In this document: one piece after another, positions 45,957 to 56,145 of the stretch
Numbering within the stretch: position 1 is the stretch's first letter
How the letters are laid out: each line of letters starts with the position of its first letter
Origin: Histomonas meleagridis 2922-C6/04-290x
Taxonomy: Eukaryota > Protista > Parabasalia
DNA: 64,000 nt
NCBI GenBank assembly: GCA_020184695.1
Contig: JAANOX010000080.1
Span: forward strand, 295,580-359,579
Reading direction: 5' to 3'
The notes under the pieces: generated by a model
What the model saw: the letters and a program-made list of their open reading frames with translations, nothing else
The model's database searches: none
Told to the model about the DNA's origin: nothing
Translations under genes and position numbers: made by a program

Positions 45957-47351
45957 ATGTGTGATCCATACAAATCTCTAAATTATGCATTTGGGTTAGC
46001 TTCTCTCAGTAGTATTTTTGAAGAAAATGATGTTGATGAATTTTATAATATAGATGTTTGGAGAAATATCATCATTGAAACAAAAAAACAAATTGAAGCT
46101 AAAAATATTGATCCTATATGCAAATGTGCCAACTACGTTTACAAATTTGATGATAGCGTTGACATGATTCTTTTAATTAACTCAGGCATTCCAATGCAAT
46201 TATATGATTGGATAATTTATTTTACCAAAGAAAGAATTACTCCAGCGTATGAAAAAGGGCGTTCATCACAAGAACTTTCTGATTGTGTTTTTGATGATTG
46301 TTTAATGTCATCATTAATGCTTCTTTCTAAATGCTTCAAAATCAAAAAATTTCCATTCCAAACTGTTACTGAAGAGTTTGTACAGTGCGTTTTTTTTATT
46401 GCTGAAATTACAGGTGAGCATTCTTCAATATTAGCCATAATTATTTTATCATTTTTGTCCTCTTCATCACTTGATTTCTTACTTAAGCTTGAATCTACAT
46501 TCAACTACACAGATAGGATGCTTAAAATGTCCAAAAAACCACTTTCTAATAATTCACGAGTATTTTCCATGTATTCTTTTAAGCCTGTTTTTAAGTGCAC
46601 TAAGTCCTGTTTTGATCGCAAGCACATATTTGAAGAATTTATACATATCCAACAGACCACCAAATCTGAAAATACTGTATCTCCAATTTTAGAAAATTGT
46701 TATTTTTTTATTAAAACTATGCCATCCATGATTCCATTTGTTATTAAAAACGGAATCATTGACTTAGCACTTCAAGGTATAAATTTAACAGATGTAAATG
46801 TTCGAAGGCGATCGAAAAGTATTTTGTTGTTAATATTTAACTCCGAATATACCGAACATATCGACATGATAACATATAGAAACCTATTTAAATTTGTGTG
46901 GCATCTTTTTGCAAATCCGAAAACTTCTGTGGATGTATCAATTGGTACTGAGTTTTTGCATCAATTTATACAAAAGTTCGATGAGACAATGGACTTAATT
47001 AAATCGAATAGAATAATTCCTGTGTTGTGTAGTTGTTTTAATGATTCTTCATATAATTCTAAAATAGAAGTAGTCGAAACTTTAGGTATAATTTTGCAAA
47101 ATTGTGATAATGAAATCGCTTTGGAAATTGCTGAACATAATGGGTTTAATTTGATCTTCGAAATGTTGTCTGAAGTCTCAAATGATGTTTTGGATAATGT
47201 TCTAAACGGATTGAGAAGAGTTTTCGAGTTGGATCAACAACTTTTGGGGTATATTGATTTCGAATTGCTGGGTGAGACAATTGAGGATTTACAAGAAAAA
47301 GATGACACAGAAAATTTAATACAATACCTCCAAACACTATTTACAAGTTAA
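45957..47351 (+). CDS. ARM/HEAT-like helical repeat protein, unknown function
   Basis: Long ORF with helical amphipathic pattern; first ATG 45957 (track start 45930 is TTG). Confidence 0.7.
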   Translation: MCDPYKSLNYAFGLASLSSIFEENDVDEFYNIDVWRNIIIETKKQIEAKNIDPICKCANYVYKFDDSVDMILLINSGIPMQLYDWIIYFTKERITPAYEKGRSSQELSDCVFDDCLMSSLMLLSKCFKIKKFPFQTVTEEFVQCVFFIAEITGEHSSILAIIILSFLSSSSLDFLLKLESTFNYTDRMLKMSKKPLSNNSRVFSMYSFKPVFKCTKSCFDRKHIFEEFIHIQQTTKSENTVSPILENCYFFIKTMPSMIPFVIKNGIIDLALQGINLTDVNVRRRSKSILLLIFNSEYTEHIDMITYRNLFKFVWHLFANPKTSVDVSIGTEFLHQFIQKFDETMDLIKSNRIIPVLCSCFNDSSYNSKIEVVETLGIILQNCDNEIALEIAEHNGFNLIFEMLSEVSNDVLDNVLNGLRRVFELDQQLLGYIDFELLGETIEDLQEKDDTENLIQYLQTLFTS

Positions 47352-47579
47352 TAAAAATAAATTTTTTGGTTATTTCTTATGACAATTATAATACAAAACT
47401 TTTAATTATGTATTTTTTATAAATTTAGTACATTCATAAAACTGGAAATGATCAAACTTTTAGTTATTCAGCTAAATATTATAATAAAGTTGAATAAAAT
47501 CCATTATTTATTACACATTATTTCAAAAAACCTTGTATATTGATAATCCATCTTTTTCTAAATGTTTATTAATTAAAAG

Positions 47580-48170
47580 TCTATATTGCGCTCTTCTTTT
47601 CTTTCTTCCTTAATAAGTCTCTTTTTAAAAATATTTTGTGTTATAGTTTCTTCAACCCTAATTTTTTTCTTTTCTTTAAAAATTTTTACTTCATCATAAA
47701 CATTTTTACAAAATCTTCACCAGCCTTAATTGAAATGTCATATAGTAGTATGTTTGTTCTAGATATGAGCTCATAAACATCTTTTTGTGAAACTTTGTCA
47801 TGATGATCATATCCATTTTCTATAACTAAAAAATCAACGTGCAAAACACTTTCAATCATTGAATCAAATGGCTGGATTCGACCCGACGCATATCCATTTC
47901 AAAAGAATATTTATTTGTATAGTCAAATATTAAAAAGATTGAATCCACATCCTTTGCTAAAGATATAAAAATAGAAGAATGTTGCACTGTCTACGGATAT
48001 CCACACTTGTAGTTTGATTGTTTTTCCATCTATGTTCAATTTTTTAACACGTTAATTGAAGCTACCAAAATAGAAAAATTTATCATCTATCACTTTTCCA
48101 ACAAATGAATATTCATAACCGAGAAGCAAAATTCTAATTCCAATTGGTTTCTGTAATTTTTGGTATTTAT
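47580..48170 (-). pseudogene. Rab/Ras-like small GTPase pseudogene
   Basis: Minus-strand fragments in changing frames: RILLLGYEYSFVGKS (P-loop), KKLNIDGKTIKLQVW, KDVDSIFLIFDYTNKYSFE, LLYDISIKAGEDF; several stops and shifts. Confidence 0.75.
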
Positions 48171-48313
48171 CATTGCATTAAATGGAGAAGATAAGCATAA
48201 AATAGTAACAAAAAAGATGAATGTAGCTAAACAGACATAAACAGACTTAATTGCAGTAAAATTTTTTTTATAAAAAAATTATATTAAATAAATATTTACT
48301 AACACAAAATTTT

Positions 48314-49633
48314 TTAATTTTCATATTTAATTGCTTCATCGATTAACTTGTTGAAGATTGCCTTATGTCCATTCATTACCATTTGATTTCTTTCTATTTC
48401 GCCGATGATAGCCAAAACCTCGGATATATTTTTTGATTTATTATTTTTCAAGTTCTTTAATTTCATTTCGTTTTTCTTTTTATTCAACAATTTTCTTTTC
48501 TCATTATTTTCCTTCAACGATCTAATTCTTAATATTAAACTTTTTATCCAATTCGCGTTATCATTCAAGTGCACCGCTGTTTGACATGCGTTATCAGTCA
48601 AAACGGCGGTGATATAATTCATGATAATGAACGAGCCAATTATAATGAATGAAATGAAGAAAAAAATATTACCTTCAGGAATCTCTTTTACTGTATCATA
48701 TACATCGAACCAGTTATCAAATGTACAAAGTTGAAACATCGAAAAAAACGAAATTTTAAATGAGCCAAATTGCGATGGTGAGATTTCTTTATAATATGTA
48801 ACTCCGAAAAAGGAATAGAAATACATAATGAACAATAATAAAACAGTGGTTGATAAACAATCATTAAATGAAGTGATGACCGACTTAAGTAATGCAAAAA
48901 TTGAATGAAACAATGAAAAATTGTTCAAAATTTTCATGGCTCGTAATATTCGAAATGACTTAAGAATATGGAAAATTCGTAACGTTTCGGTACTAAAACA
49001 ATAAGTTATTGGTAAATATATGTTAAGGTAATCAATAAATGATATTAAGAGAATTGATAAATCTAAAATCGAAATTATATCAGTAAAATAGTTAAAACGC
49101 TGGCCATAAAGTTTAACAAGCGTCTCAAAAACATGAACACCTAAACAAATTTGATCTAAGCTTGTAATGTACCATTGAATTTGTGGAGACAAAATATGGA
49201 ATGATTGTATAAGAATGGATAGAAAATCAATGAGAATAACAACAAGAATAAGCTTATTAAAAGAGTCATGGTTAGAAAGTCTAAAACAGAACTTCTGTAA
49301 AGATGTCATTTGTGATTCAATTTGAATCTTTTTTGCTTGAGATGCGTTGTAAATTTGGCATGCACGCTTTACTCGTGGATTGTCAAGATTATCTTCTAGT
49401 ACTGATTGAGCTAAGTATACAATTGAAAGTGCTTCACTTTCATCCATTGGATTATCATCATCATCATCACTTTCATCACTTTCTTCTTCATCATCATAAG
49501 AAGACGAATATTCTTCATTATCATCTGAGTATTCTGTGCTTTTTTTGGTGTTTGATTTCATCAAACTGAAATTTGGTTTAACGTCTTCCTCAAATGGGGG
49601 AAGAAAACAAAACTCCAAAGGAAAAACCATCAT
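48314..49633 (-). CDS. Single-domain 6-TM voltage-gated cation channel (CatSper-like filter)
   Basis: S1-S3 helices, S4 LRIFHILKSFRILRAMKIL, pore FGSFKISFFSMFQLCTFDNWFDV, S6 FIIIGSFIIMNYITAVLTDN, C-terminal coiled coil. Start ATG 49633/49630 or 49561. Confidence 0.85.
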   Translation of the reverse strand: MMVFPLEFCFLPPFEEDVKPNFSLMKSNTKKSTEYSDDNEEYSSSYDDEEESDESDDDDDNPMDESEALSIVYLAQSVLEDNLDNPRVKRACQIYNASQAKKIQIESQMTSLQKFCFRLSNHDSFNKLILVVILIDFLSILIQSFHILSPQIQWYITSLDQICLGVHVFETLVKLYGQRFNYFTDIISILDLSILLISFIDYLNIYLPITYCFSTETLRIFHILKSFRILRAMKILNNFSLFHSIFALLKSVITSFNDCLSTTVLLLFIMYFYSFFGVTYYKEISPSQFGSFKISFFSMFQLCTFDNWFDVYDTVKEIPEGNIFFFISFIIIGSFIIMNYITAVLTDNACQTAVHLNDNANWIKSLILRIRSLKENNEKRKLLNKKKNEMKLKNLKNNKSKNISEVLAIIGEIERNQMVMNGHKAIFNKLIDEAIKYEN

Positions 49634-50379
49634 TTTCACCTGCAAATCTTTCTGTGGTAATCACCAACTTACCTGAACATACAACACTTGCTCAAATTAG
49701 TGCTTTTTGTCGAAAAGTTGGAGTTCTTGCAACACATCCAGAAACTGGAGAAGATTTAATTTTATATAATCCAAGGCTGAATAAAGCAACAGTAACTTAT
49801 TATTACCCAGAAGGTGCAAATAACGCAATAAAACTTCTTTCAGGTGAACAATTTGTTGATAAACATCCTGTACAAGTTGAAAGAGCAAAGCGTGAACCAT
49901 TTAACTTTTCTCTTTGGAAAACAGCAATGCATAAACAAAGGAAATTTCATGCTTATCTTGGTGATCATACAGAAGAATTATCAAATTCAGAACAAAAAAG
50001 ACTCAAAGTTATGGTTATGAGAAAAGTATTTACTCCTAAAGAATTGATTCAAAGTCCAGAACTATATGGAAAAATAATTGCCGACATTACAGCAATTTGT
50101 TCCAAATTTGGAAAAGTTACTCTTGTAAAACCAATTGAAGCACATCCTGAAGGTGTAGTGATCGTAAGGTTTGATGATCCGCAAGCTACTGCTCTTGCAA
50201 TCGGAGAACTTGATGATGTTGAATATCGAGGAAGACATGTAACAACAGAACCTTGGGATGGAACAGACCTTTCTGTGAGAGAAACACAGGAGGAAGAGGA
50301 TCAAAGGATTTTAATGTATGAAAGGTTTATTGACCAAGAAAATAATCCTGAAAGTAATGAAAACAATGAAAATAAATAA
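49594..50379 (+). CDS. HTATSF1: HTATSF1/Cus2-like two-RRM (RRM+UHM) U2 snRNP factor
   Basis: RRM1 VVITNLP...; UHM VMVMRKVFTPKEL...CSKFGKV...HPEGVVIVRF...RGRHVTTEPWDG. Confidence 0.8.
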   Translation: MGEENKTPKEKPSFSPANLSVVITNLPEHTTLAQISAFCRKVGVLATHPETGEDLILYNPRLNKATVTYYYPEGANNAIKLLSGEQFVDKHPVQVERAKREPFNFSLWKTAMHKQRKFHAYLGDHTEELSNSEQKRLKVMVMRKVFTPKELIQSPELYGKIIADITAICSKFGKVTLVKPIEAHPEGVVIVRFDDPQATALAIGELDDVEYRGRHVTTEPWDGTDLSVRETQEEEDQRILMYERFIDQENNPESNENNENK

Positions 50380-50658
50380 TATTATATTTTAACATTTGAG
50401 AGTTGTTTTTATATTTTTAAATTATACATGATCTACATTTTTTTTTTTTTTAAATTCATAATCCCATATAGCATATGCTTTTTAGAATATAATTTAAATG
50501 AATCAAATCATGTCGTATTTAATATTATGAATAAGTTTGATTATTGATTTATAAGATGAATTTTGGATTTGAAAATTATAAAACCACATTTTGTAACATT
50601 GTCTTTTATTTATATATATATTTAAGTGTTAATATTATGAAAAGATTTTACATCTATC

Positions 50659-51219
50659 TCATCTTCTATGCGTTGTGTTGTGGAATGTGATCGCTGGCGA
50701 ATATGTAGTGCTTGTTGCTCTCTCACAAAATTGCTGCCGATAACTTGTTGACCACCTTGGCGAATATTGATTTGACTGTAAGTCACTTCTGGTTCTCACT
50801 TGTGGACACCATGAAATAGTATTTTCATGGATTGTTTGTACTGGTCTTCTGTATCGATCGCGATATTCTGTACTAGGTCTCATTATTGATGGATCTGGGG
50901 GATCAGGTGGTTTCAAAGGAGTTGTTGGCAACCTTGTATTTGCCAAGTTATTATTTGTTGTTGAACTTTGAACATTTTTACAATATGAATCACGATATAA
51001 ACTTGTTGGTGTAGTTACTGGCCTACATCTTGTGTTTATGCTTTTTATACACCGATTTATTGAATTAGAAGAAAAACCACGACTTTTTTCAGATTGAATT
51101 GATCTTGTTTTTAAATTTAAATTAGCATCATAAAAAGACTTCCCACCCCATTGAGATATATCATGTCTGTAAAATGTTGTATGAAATGGCACAGGCTTGT
51201 CGTTTTCGTTGTCATTCAT
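50659..51219 (-). CDS. Hypothetical protein with repeated (S/T)-x-Y-R-x-x-(Y/F) motifs, possible microtubule inner protein
   Basis: Motifs TTFYRHD, TSLYRDSY, STEYRDRY, STSYRQQF. Likely start ATG 51219; the track start is 51324. Confidence 0.55.
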   Translation of the reverse strand: MNDNENDKPVPFHTTFYRHDISQWGGKSFYDANLNLKTRSIQSEKSRGFSSNSINRCIKSINTRCRPVTTPTSLYRDSYCKNVQSSTTNNNLANTRLPTTPLKPPDPPDPSIMRPSTEYRDRYRRPVQTIHENTISWCPQVRTRSDLQSNQYSPRWSTSYRQQFCERATSTTYSPAITFHNTTHRR

Positions 51220-51422
51220 TGAAGAACTTGGAAACAACGTACATAAACGGTTGCGTAAATATAAAAGTGCCAAACGTTTTTTTTGATCACTTAAAGGAAA
51301 AATTACTATTTGACCAAATCTCATTTTATTTTACACTAACAGTAATCATGTGATTGAAATATTTTTATAATTTATTGAAGTTAAAAAATGAATGTAAATT
51401 GGATATTTAACATAATTTATTC

Positions 51423-52139
51423 TTAATCATTTTTGGTATTCATAATTCTTTCGAAGTTTACTCCGTTCATCTTGACCTCTTTAAAGAAACTATGCTTGTT
51501 TTTGGGGTCTGAGAAGAACATGTACTGTGTGTCATCATGTTTCTCTTCTTTTTTATTGGCTGAATCTGATTTTTGCAATGGATTTGTTGTAGTGGCGGCA
51601 TCAACAACGTCTTTATATCGCTGCAAGGACGCATATATTGATTGGACTGGATCAGCACTACCAATAGAAAATGTGCTTGAATTTTGTGCCCCTCCAGATG
51701 CTGGGTTGCCTTTTTGCCAATTACTTGTTGGGCTTTTGTTTGTTCCACCAAAAGCGCCAGCGAAATTGCTTGTTGTTGGTGCGGACGAATTTGTATTATT
51801 TCCGGAAATGTTAAAACCTGTTTTATTTGGTGAACTGCTCGTGTTTGTTCCGCCAAAAGCACCAGCGAAATTGCTTGCTGTTGGTGCGGTCGAATTTGTA
51901 TTATTTCCGGAAATGTTAAAACCTGTTTTATTTGGTGAACTGCTCGTGTTTGTTCCGCCAAAAGTACCAGCGAAATTGCTTGCTGTTGGTGCGGACGAAT
52001 TTGTATTATTTCCGAAAAAGTTAAAACCTGAGCTGGTTGATGGATTACTTATTTGATTTGTTGTTGAAGTGGTTTGAGGGCTTGTGTTTCCGCCAGTATT
52101 AAAATTTGGAAAGGTTTGAAAGTTTGTTTGTAGAGCCAT
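51423..52139 (-). CDS. FG-repeat nucleoporin-like protein
   Basis: N/S/T/G-rich N-terminus with FNFFG, FAGTFGG, GFNIS motifs and a short globular C-terminus. Confidence 0.6.
   Translation of the reverse strand: MALQTNFQTFPNFNTGGNTSPQTTSTTNQISNPSTSSGFNFFGNNTNSSAPTASNFAGTFGGTNTSSSPNKTGFNISGNNTNSTAPTASNFAGAFGGTNTSSSPNKTGFNISGNNTNSSAPTTSNFAGAFGGTNKSPTSNWQKGNPASGGAQNSSTFSIGSADPVQSIYASLQRYKDVVDAATTTNPLQKSDSANKKEEKHDDTQYMFFSDPKNKHSFFKEVKMNGVNFERIMNTKND
51738..52030 (-). repeat. 105-bp (35-aa) tandem repeat, ~2.7 copies, inside the FG-repeat gene
   Basis: gcgg(a/t)cgaatttgtattatttccg at 51781, 51886 and 51991. Confidence 0.9.
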
Positions 52140-52852
52140 TTGTTGACACTTTTTTAATGTCGCTGGACAAATGGTGAGAAAGGAATACCCATAAAATTAC
52201 ATCTCATACACACATTTTGGCCTCTTAAACAGAACTTTTTTAGAATAGTTTCAGATTGTGGTAAATACTACATCAACAATGAATTTAGCAAAACACATTT
52301 TTAATTCAGGTTGGCACAACGCTCACCGAAATGCATACACCATACCGGTATTGAAACAAAAGAGCATTGTACAATATTTATAAAAATTTTAGATGAAAAT
52401 AATAGTAAAATTTACCTTTGTAACAGCAATGGTTTGTCTGATAATTCACAGCTATGAATAAAAAATATGGAATTTAAGAACTTAATAAAATTAATCAAAT
52501 AAGTTATTTAATTCATATGTTAATCAATTTCGACTGAAAATTTGGAACAAAAACAACGCTTTGCATTCCCGAAAAGCAGTTTAATATTTTGAAAGAGAAA
52601 GGAAGATGAGAACTTTCATTCAAAGATTTTCATCTTCTATTTGCCCGCAGTTTCATGAACGGTTTAAGTGAAAATTGTATTGAGTATCCTTTTGTTTTTC
52701 AATTGCAACAGAAAAACTAATCTCAGAAAAGCTTATTTTCCGTTCAATTATGTGGCCAACAACACCTGACACTTTTGTTCCACCTGACAAGATCTTGATG
52801 GAATGGAATTGTGTTCTGCGTACAAATATTGGCACAAAATTGACTACTTGAT

Positions 52853-52906
52853 AGCGGTTAATCTTGTTTTTGAACGTATTGAATTTTGAACGAAGACAGA
52901 TTCACT
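52853..52906 (+). promoter_or_regulatory. M3-like element (AGCGGTTA, 52853-52860) plus Inr (TCACT, 52902-52906)
   Basis: Both trichomonad core promoter motifs lie directly upstream of ATG 52909. Confidence 0.55.
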
Positions 52907-52908
52907 TC

Positions 52909-53289
52909 ATGGAAGAAAGGCCAAATCTTGCATCAACTGACGAGGTTTCACTTGAACTTTTTCTCGATCCGAACTCATATTGCATACGTACAATCGCTAA
53001 TGACGATTTCCCACTTTTTGAATTCGAAAATAAGTATGATATGGAATCAGATACACTCTTGAAATCAATTGAAGGACACAGCATAGATGGCCGTCTCATT
53101 GAAATGTTTTCCGGAATTGATGAGAAGAGATTAGAGTCTGGAGTTCAATGCCATATTTCGGATCGCAGAACAGATATACCTTCAGAAAGAGATTTATGGT
53201 TGGTGAAAAGAACTAGTTCAAGCAACTCTTTTTCATCTGAAGAGTCTGAGCCAAATGTAAGCTATTCGGACAGTGAATTCAATAATTGA
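52909..53289 (+). CDS. Small protein resembling the Spt20 SEP domain
   Basis: LLKSIEGHSIDGRLIEMF...SGVQCHISDRRT resembles the Spt20 pattern LxxI..xxLP..LxxxL...GCxxxxIxDxR; Inr immediately upstream. Confidence 0.45.
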   Translation: MEERPNLASTDEVSLELFLDPNSYCIRTIANDDFPLFEFENKYDMESDTLLKSIEGHSIDGRLIEMFSGIDEKRLESGVQCHISDRRTDIPSERDLWLVKRTSSSNSFSSEESEPNVSYSDSEFNN

Positions 53290-53490
53290 TTTTAAACCAT
53301 GTTTTTTTTCCAACGCACATTTGATGTTGCTTCTTGGAAACCTTTTTAGTTTTTACCGAAAGCTATCTTAGCTTCGATTCTTGATACCAAGACCTTGTCT
53401 TAGGTATCAATAATTAATATTATTTGTCAGTATAGCTGATTTCTGAAAAAACGTGCTTAAGTGGGATTTGTTAACAGAACAGTATAAACT

Positions 53491-54141
53491 TTATTTGACC
53501 TTCTTCAACAATGCGTTCCAATTCTCTTTTTCCCAAGTTTCTTCGACTAGTTCAAGAGAATCTATATCTTTTATCAATTCTGCAAACTCACCTTTGACAA
53601 AGAAATGGTAAAACCTCTGTAATCTTGTGTTCTCATCACCAAATCTTTTATCTATGGTCCAAGGTATCATTTGATCTGGAGTCTCATAATGCTTATTTTT
53701 TTGTTCGATTGCCCAAGCAGTGACAAATGCAGTCCCTCCGACCTTCAGAACTCTTGAAATTTCTCGAAGACATTGAAGACGTCTTTCTGGGGTCGAAAAA
53801 TGATGAATTACAGCAATACATATCACATGGTCAAACGTATTATCTCTCAATGGAATTTCTAAAGCTGATGCTCTAAAAATTGGTCTTCCATGTTTTGAAG
53901 CTAGTTTGCATAATGGCATTGACAAATCGGATCCAAGATCAATCACCGATGGATTTATCTGGAGGTTTCTCCCATTGCCACATCCAAGGTCGAGGAGAAG
54001 TGAATATGGTTTAATGTTCGTTACAAAATTTTTCACACCTGGCCAAGGCTTATATCGAGTATTATCGAAATGTTTTGCAATTGCATCATAAACCTGATGG
54101 ACATGTTGTTCTTCTAATTCTTCTGGGGGCAAATGCTTCAT
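53491..54141 (-). CDS. TRM9: Trm9/ALKBH8-type tRNA methyltransferase
   Basis: EEQHVHQVYDAIAKHFDNTRYKPWP, LDLGCGNGR, IAVIHHFSTPERR...TAWA, RFYHFF. ATG 54141. Confidence 0.88.
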   Translation of the reverse strand: MKHLPPEELEEQHVHQVYDAIAKHFDNTRYKPWPGVKNFVTNIKPYSLLLDLGCGNGRNLQINPSVIDLGSDLSMPLCKLASKHGRPIFRASALEIPLRDNTFDHVICIAVIHHFSTPERRLQCLREISRVLKVGGTAFVTAWAIEQKNKHYETPDQMIPWTIDKRFGDENTRLQRFYHFFVKGEFAELIKDIDSLELVEETWEKENWNALLKKVK

Positions 54142-54267
54142 GAAACACAAGAGAAAAGTGGCAAAAGACGTTAAAATATAAAAAAATAACAATAAACGGG
54201 CGCTTTAAACCATTTAATCATTGAAAATTTTCGTTCAAAAAAACAATTCAAGGAGCAAAGCTGTTAA

Positions 54268-54861
54268 ATGAACTCCACCCAAGATTTCACAAAGGTTGTT
54301 TTTTGTGGAAACTCGACTGTGGGAAAAACAACACTAATCCGCCAAATTACAAAAGGTGATGTTGATCCTGAAAATGAATCCACCATAGGAGTTGCATTTA
54401 CAACATATGAACAAAATTTTAAAGGGCAAACTTTTAGGTTGAATTTGTGGGATACAGCTGGACAGGAACAATATCGTTCGTTGGTCAACATATACTTTCG
54501 TGGTGCTGATGTTGTTGTAATTGTTTTTGACCTTTCAAACTATGAGTCCTTTGAGCAGGTGGAAGATTGGATTGACGTGAGTATTGAGAATGTCGGAAAA
54601 GAACCATCATTCATATTTGTCGGAAACAAAATAGATCTTCCATCAGCGATTCCATCAAGTGAACTTCTTGAATTCGCAAATGATAAAAATTATATCAGTT
54701 TGAGTGCTCTAAATGGAGAAGGTGTTGACATTCTGATAAATGACTTAGGCAAACTTGCAGAAAAGAAAAGTATGTCTCCAACAGAGATTCCCAAAAGCAA
54801 TTCATTTGAGAACATTGAAGAAGTTAAAAATCAAAATGCAGATGATGATCGATGCTGCTAA
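54268..54861 (+). CDS. Rab-family small GTPase
   Basis: GNSTVGKT, STIGVAF, WDTAGQE, GNKID, SAL, C-terminal CC prenylation motif. Confidence 0.95.
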   Translation: MNSTQDFTKVVFCGNSTVGKTTLIRQITKGDVDPENESTIGVAFTTYEQNFKGQTFRLNLWDTAGQEQYRSLVNIYFRGADVVVIVFDLSNYESFEQVEDWIDVSIENVGKEPSFIFVGNKIDLPSAIPSSELLEFANDKNYISLSALNGEGVDILINDLGKLAEKKSMSPTEIPKSNSFENIEEVKNQNADDDRCC

Positions 54862-55452
54862 TTAAAAAATGTTATGTGTTAACTTTTTGGCAACTTACCT
54901 ATTTTTTGTATAGGTTAAGAAATATATACCTTCATGTTTAAGCAAGATTTAAATTGAATTTATTATTTGCAAATAAATTTTATAAGGCATTGAGTATCCT
55001 TATGAACAGATATATGAGCTTAAAGAGACATTTAGCTTTACAATAAAAAATATGTATGTACGTAATTTGAAGAAGCTTCCCCAAAAACGATGGGCCAGTG
55101 CTTGGGAACGTATTGCCTACCTTATTTGAATAGTAATACAATCGTTTTTTTCTCATTTTTAAAAAATCATGGCATCAGGCAAACAAATAAATTTTCCATA
55201 ATGAAAAAACGCTTTTTCTTATCATATATATAATACAAAGCAAATATGTATTCAAGTTTGAAGTGAATATTTTGCAGTCAACAAATTTGTTGATTATATT
55301 CCTAACTTTTCATATAATTGTTTTAATTAAGCACATAAAAATCTTTTGATAACTAGTGTTTCCTTCATTTAGTAATTAAAAATTTAATATTCAATAATTT
55401 TGATGAGACTCGATTTTTTGGGTCCCCTGTTTGGGATACCCCATAGCAGCTT

Positions 55453-55761
55453 ATGGATCCTAATCAGAATCAATATGCATTTCCAGAGAGGCAAGACGAA
55501 CTTGAAACAAGTTTTCATAAACTTGTCACTACCACAATGAGTATAATAGAAAATGTTTGTAGTGGTCAAGCACAACTTGATGATATGAATCTCAAGCAAT
55601 ATCGAACAGATCTTGATGAGCAAATTGAATCAGTTCATCTTTGTATTTCTAATTATTTTGGCGAATGTGACCGTAAAAAACAAAAGATAGAAGCAAAGAT
55701 TAGTGAACAAATAGATGTTACAGATTTTTCCATGATTGGAGAAGAGTTATGTAACTTATGA
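55453..55761 (+). CDS. Small helical hypothetical protein
   Basis: 102-aa ORF with coding-like composition; no family recognised. Confidence 0.6.
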   Translation: MDPNQNQYAFPERQDELETSFHKLVTTTMSIIENVCSGQAQLDDMNLKQYRTDLDEQIESVHLCISNYFGECDRKKQKIEAKISEQIDVTDFSMIGEELCNL

Positions 55762-56145
55762 CATAATGTAAGCGAAGCAATTTATCTTAAAGAATCTCAA
55801 AAATCCAACTCCATAAATTATTTTGAAATTTCATCAACACTTTTTCTCAAAAATTATCATAGTAAGCAATAAGCTTCTATTTTTGACATCGAACAAAGCA
55901 AATAAATATTTGAAAATAATACAAATTATTATTTGATTCACAAATCTATTTTTGTTTTCACATCATATTCCAATGCTTCCTTATTTATTGTTCCAAAAGT
56001 AAATAAAATAACAAATATAAAATGGTTTAATGAGTTTATTTAACTTTTAAATTTTGTTATTTAATTACAAAGGACAAAAATAATTATAATTATTATCTAA
56101 AGTAAAAAAACATGAAATGGGTATTATACGTTTATGTAAAAGATT

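Noticed and set aside
51433-52056. 207-aa plus-strand ORF and a second minus-frame ORF over the FG-repeat gene
   Set aside because: They stay open because the underlying 105-bp repeat lacks stops in those frames; no independent coding signal.
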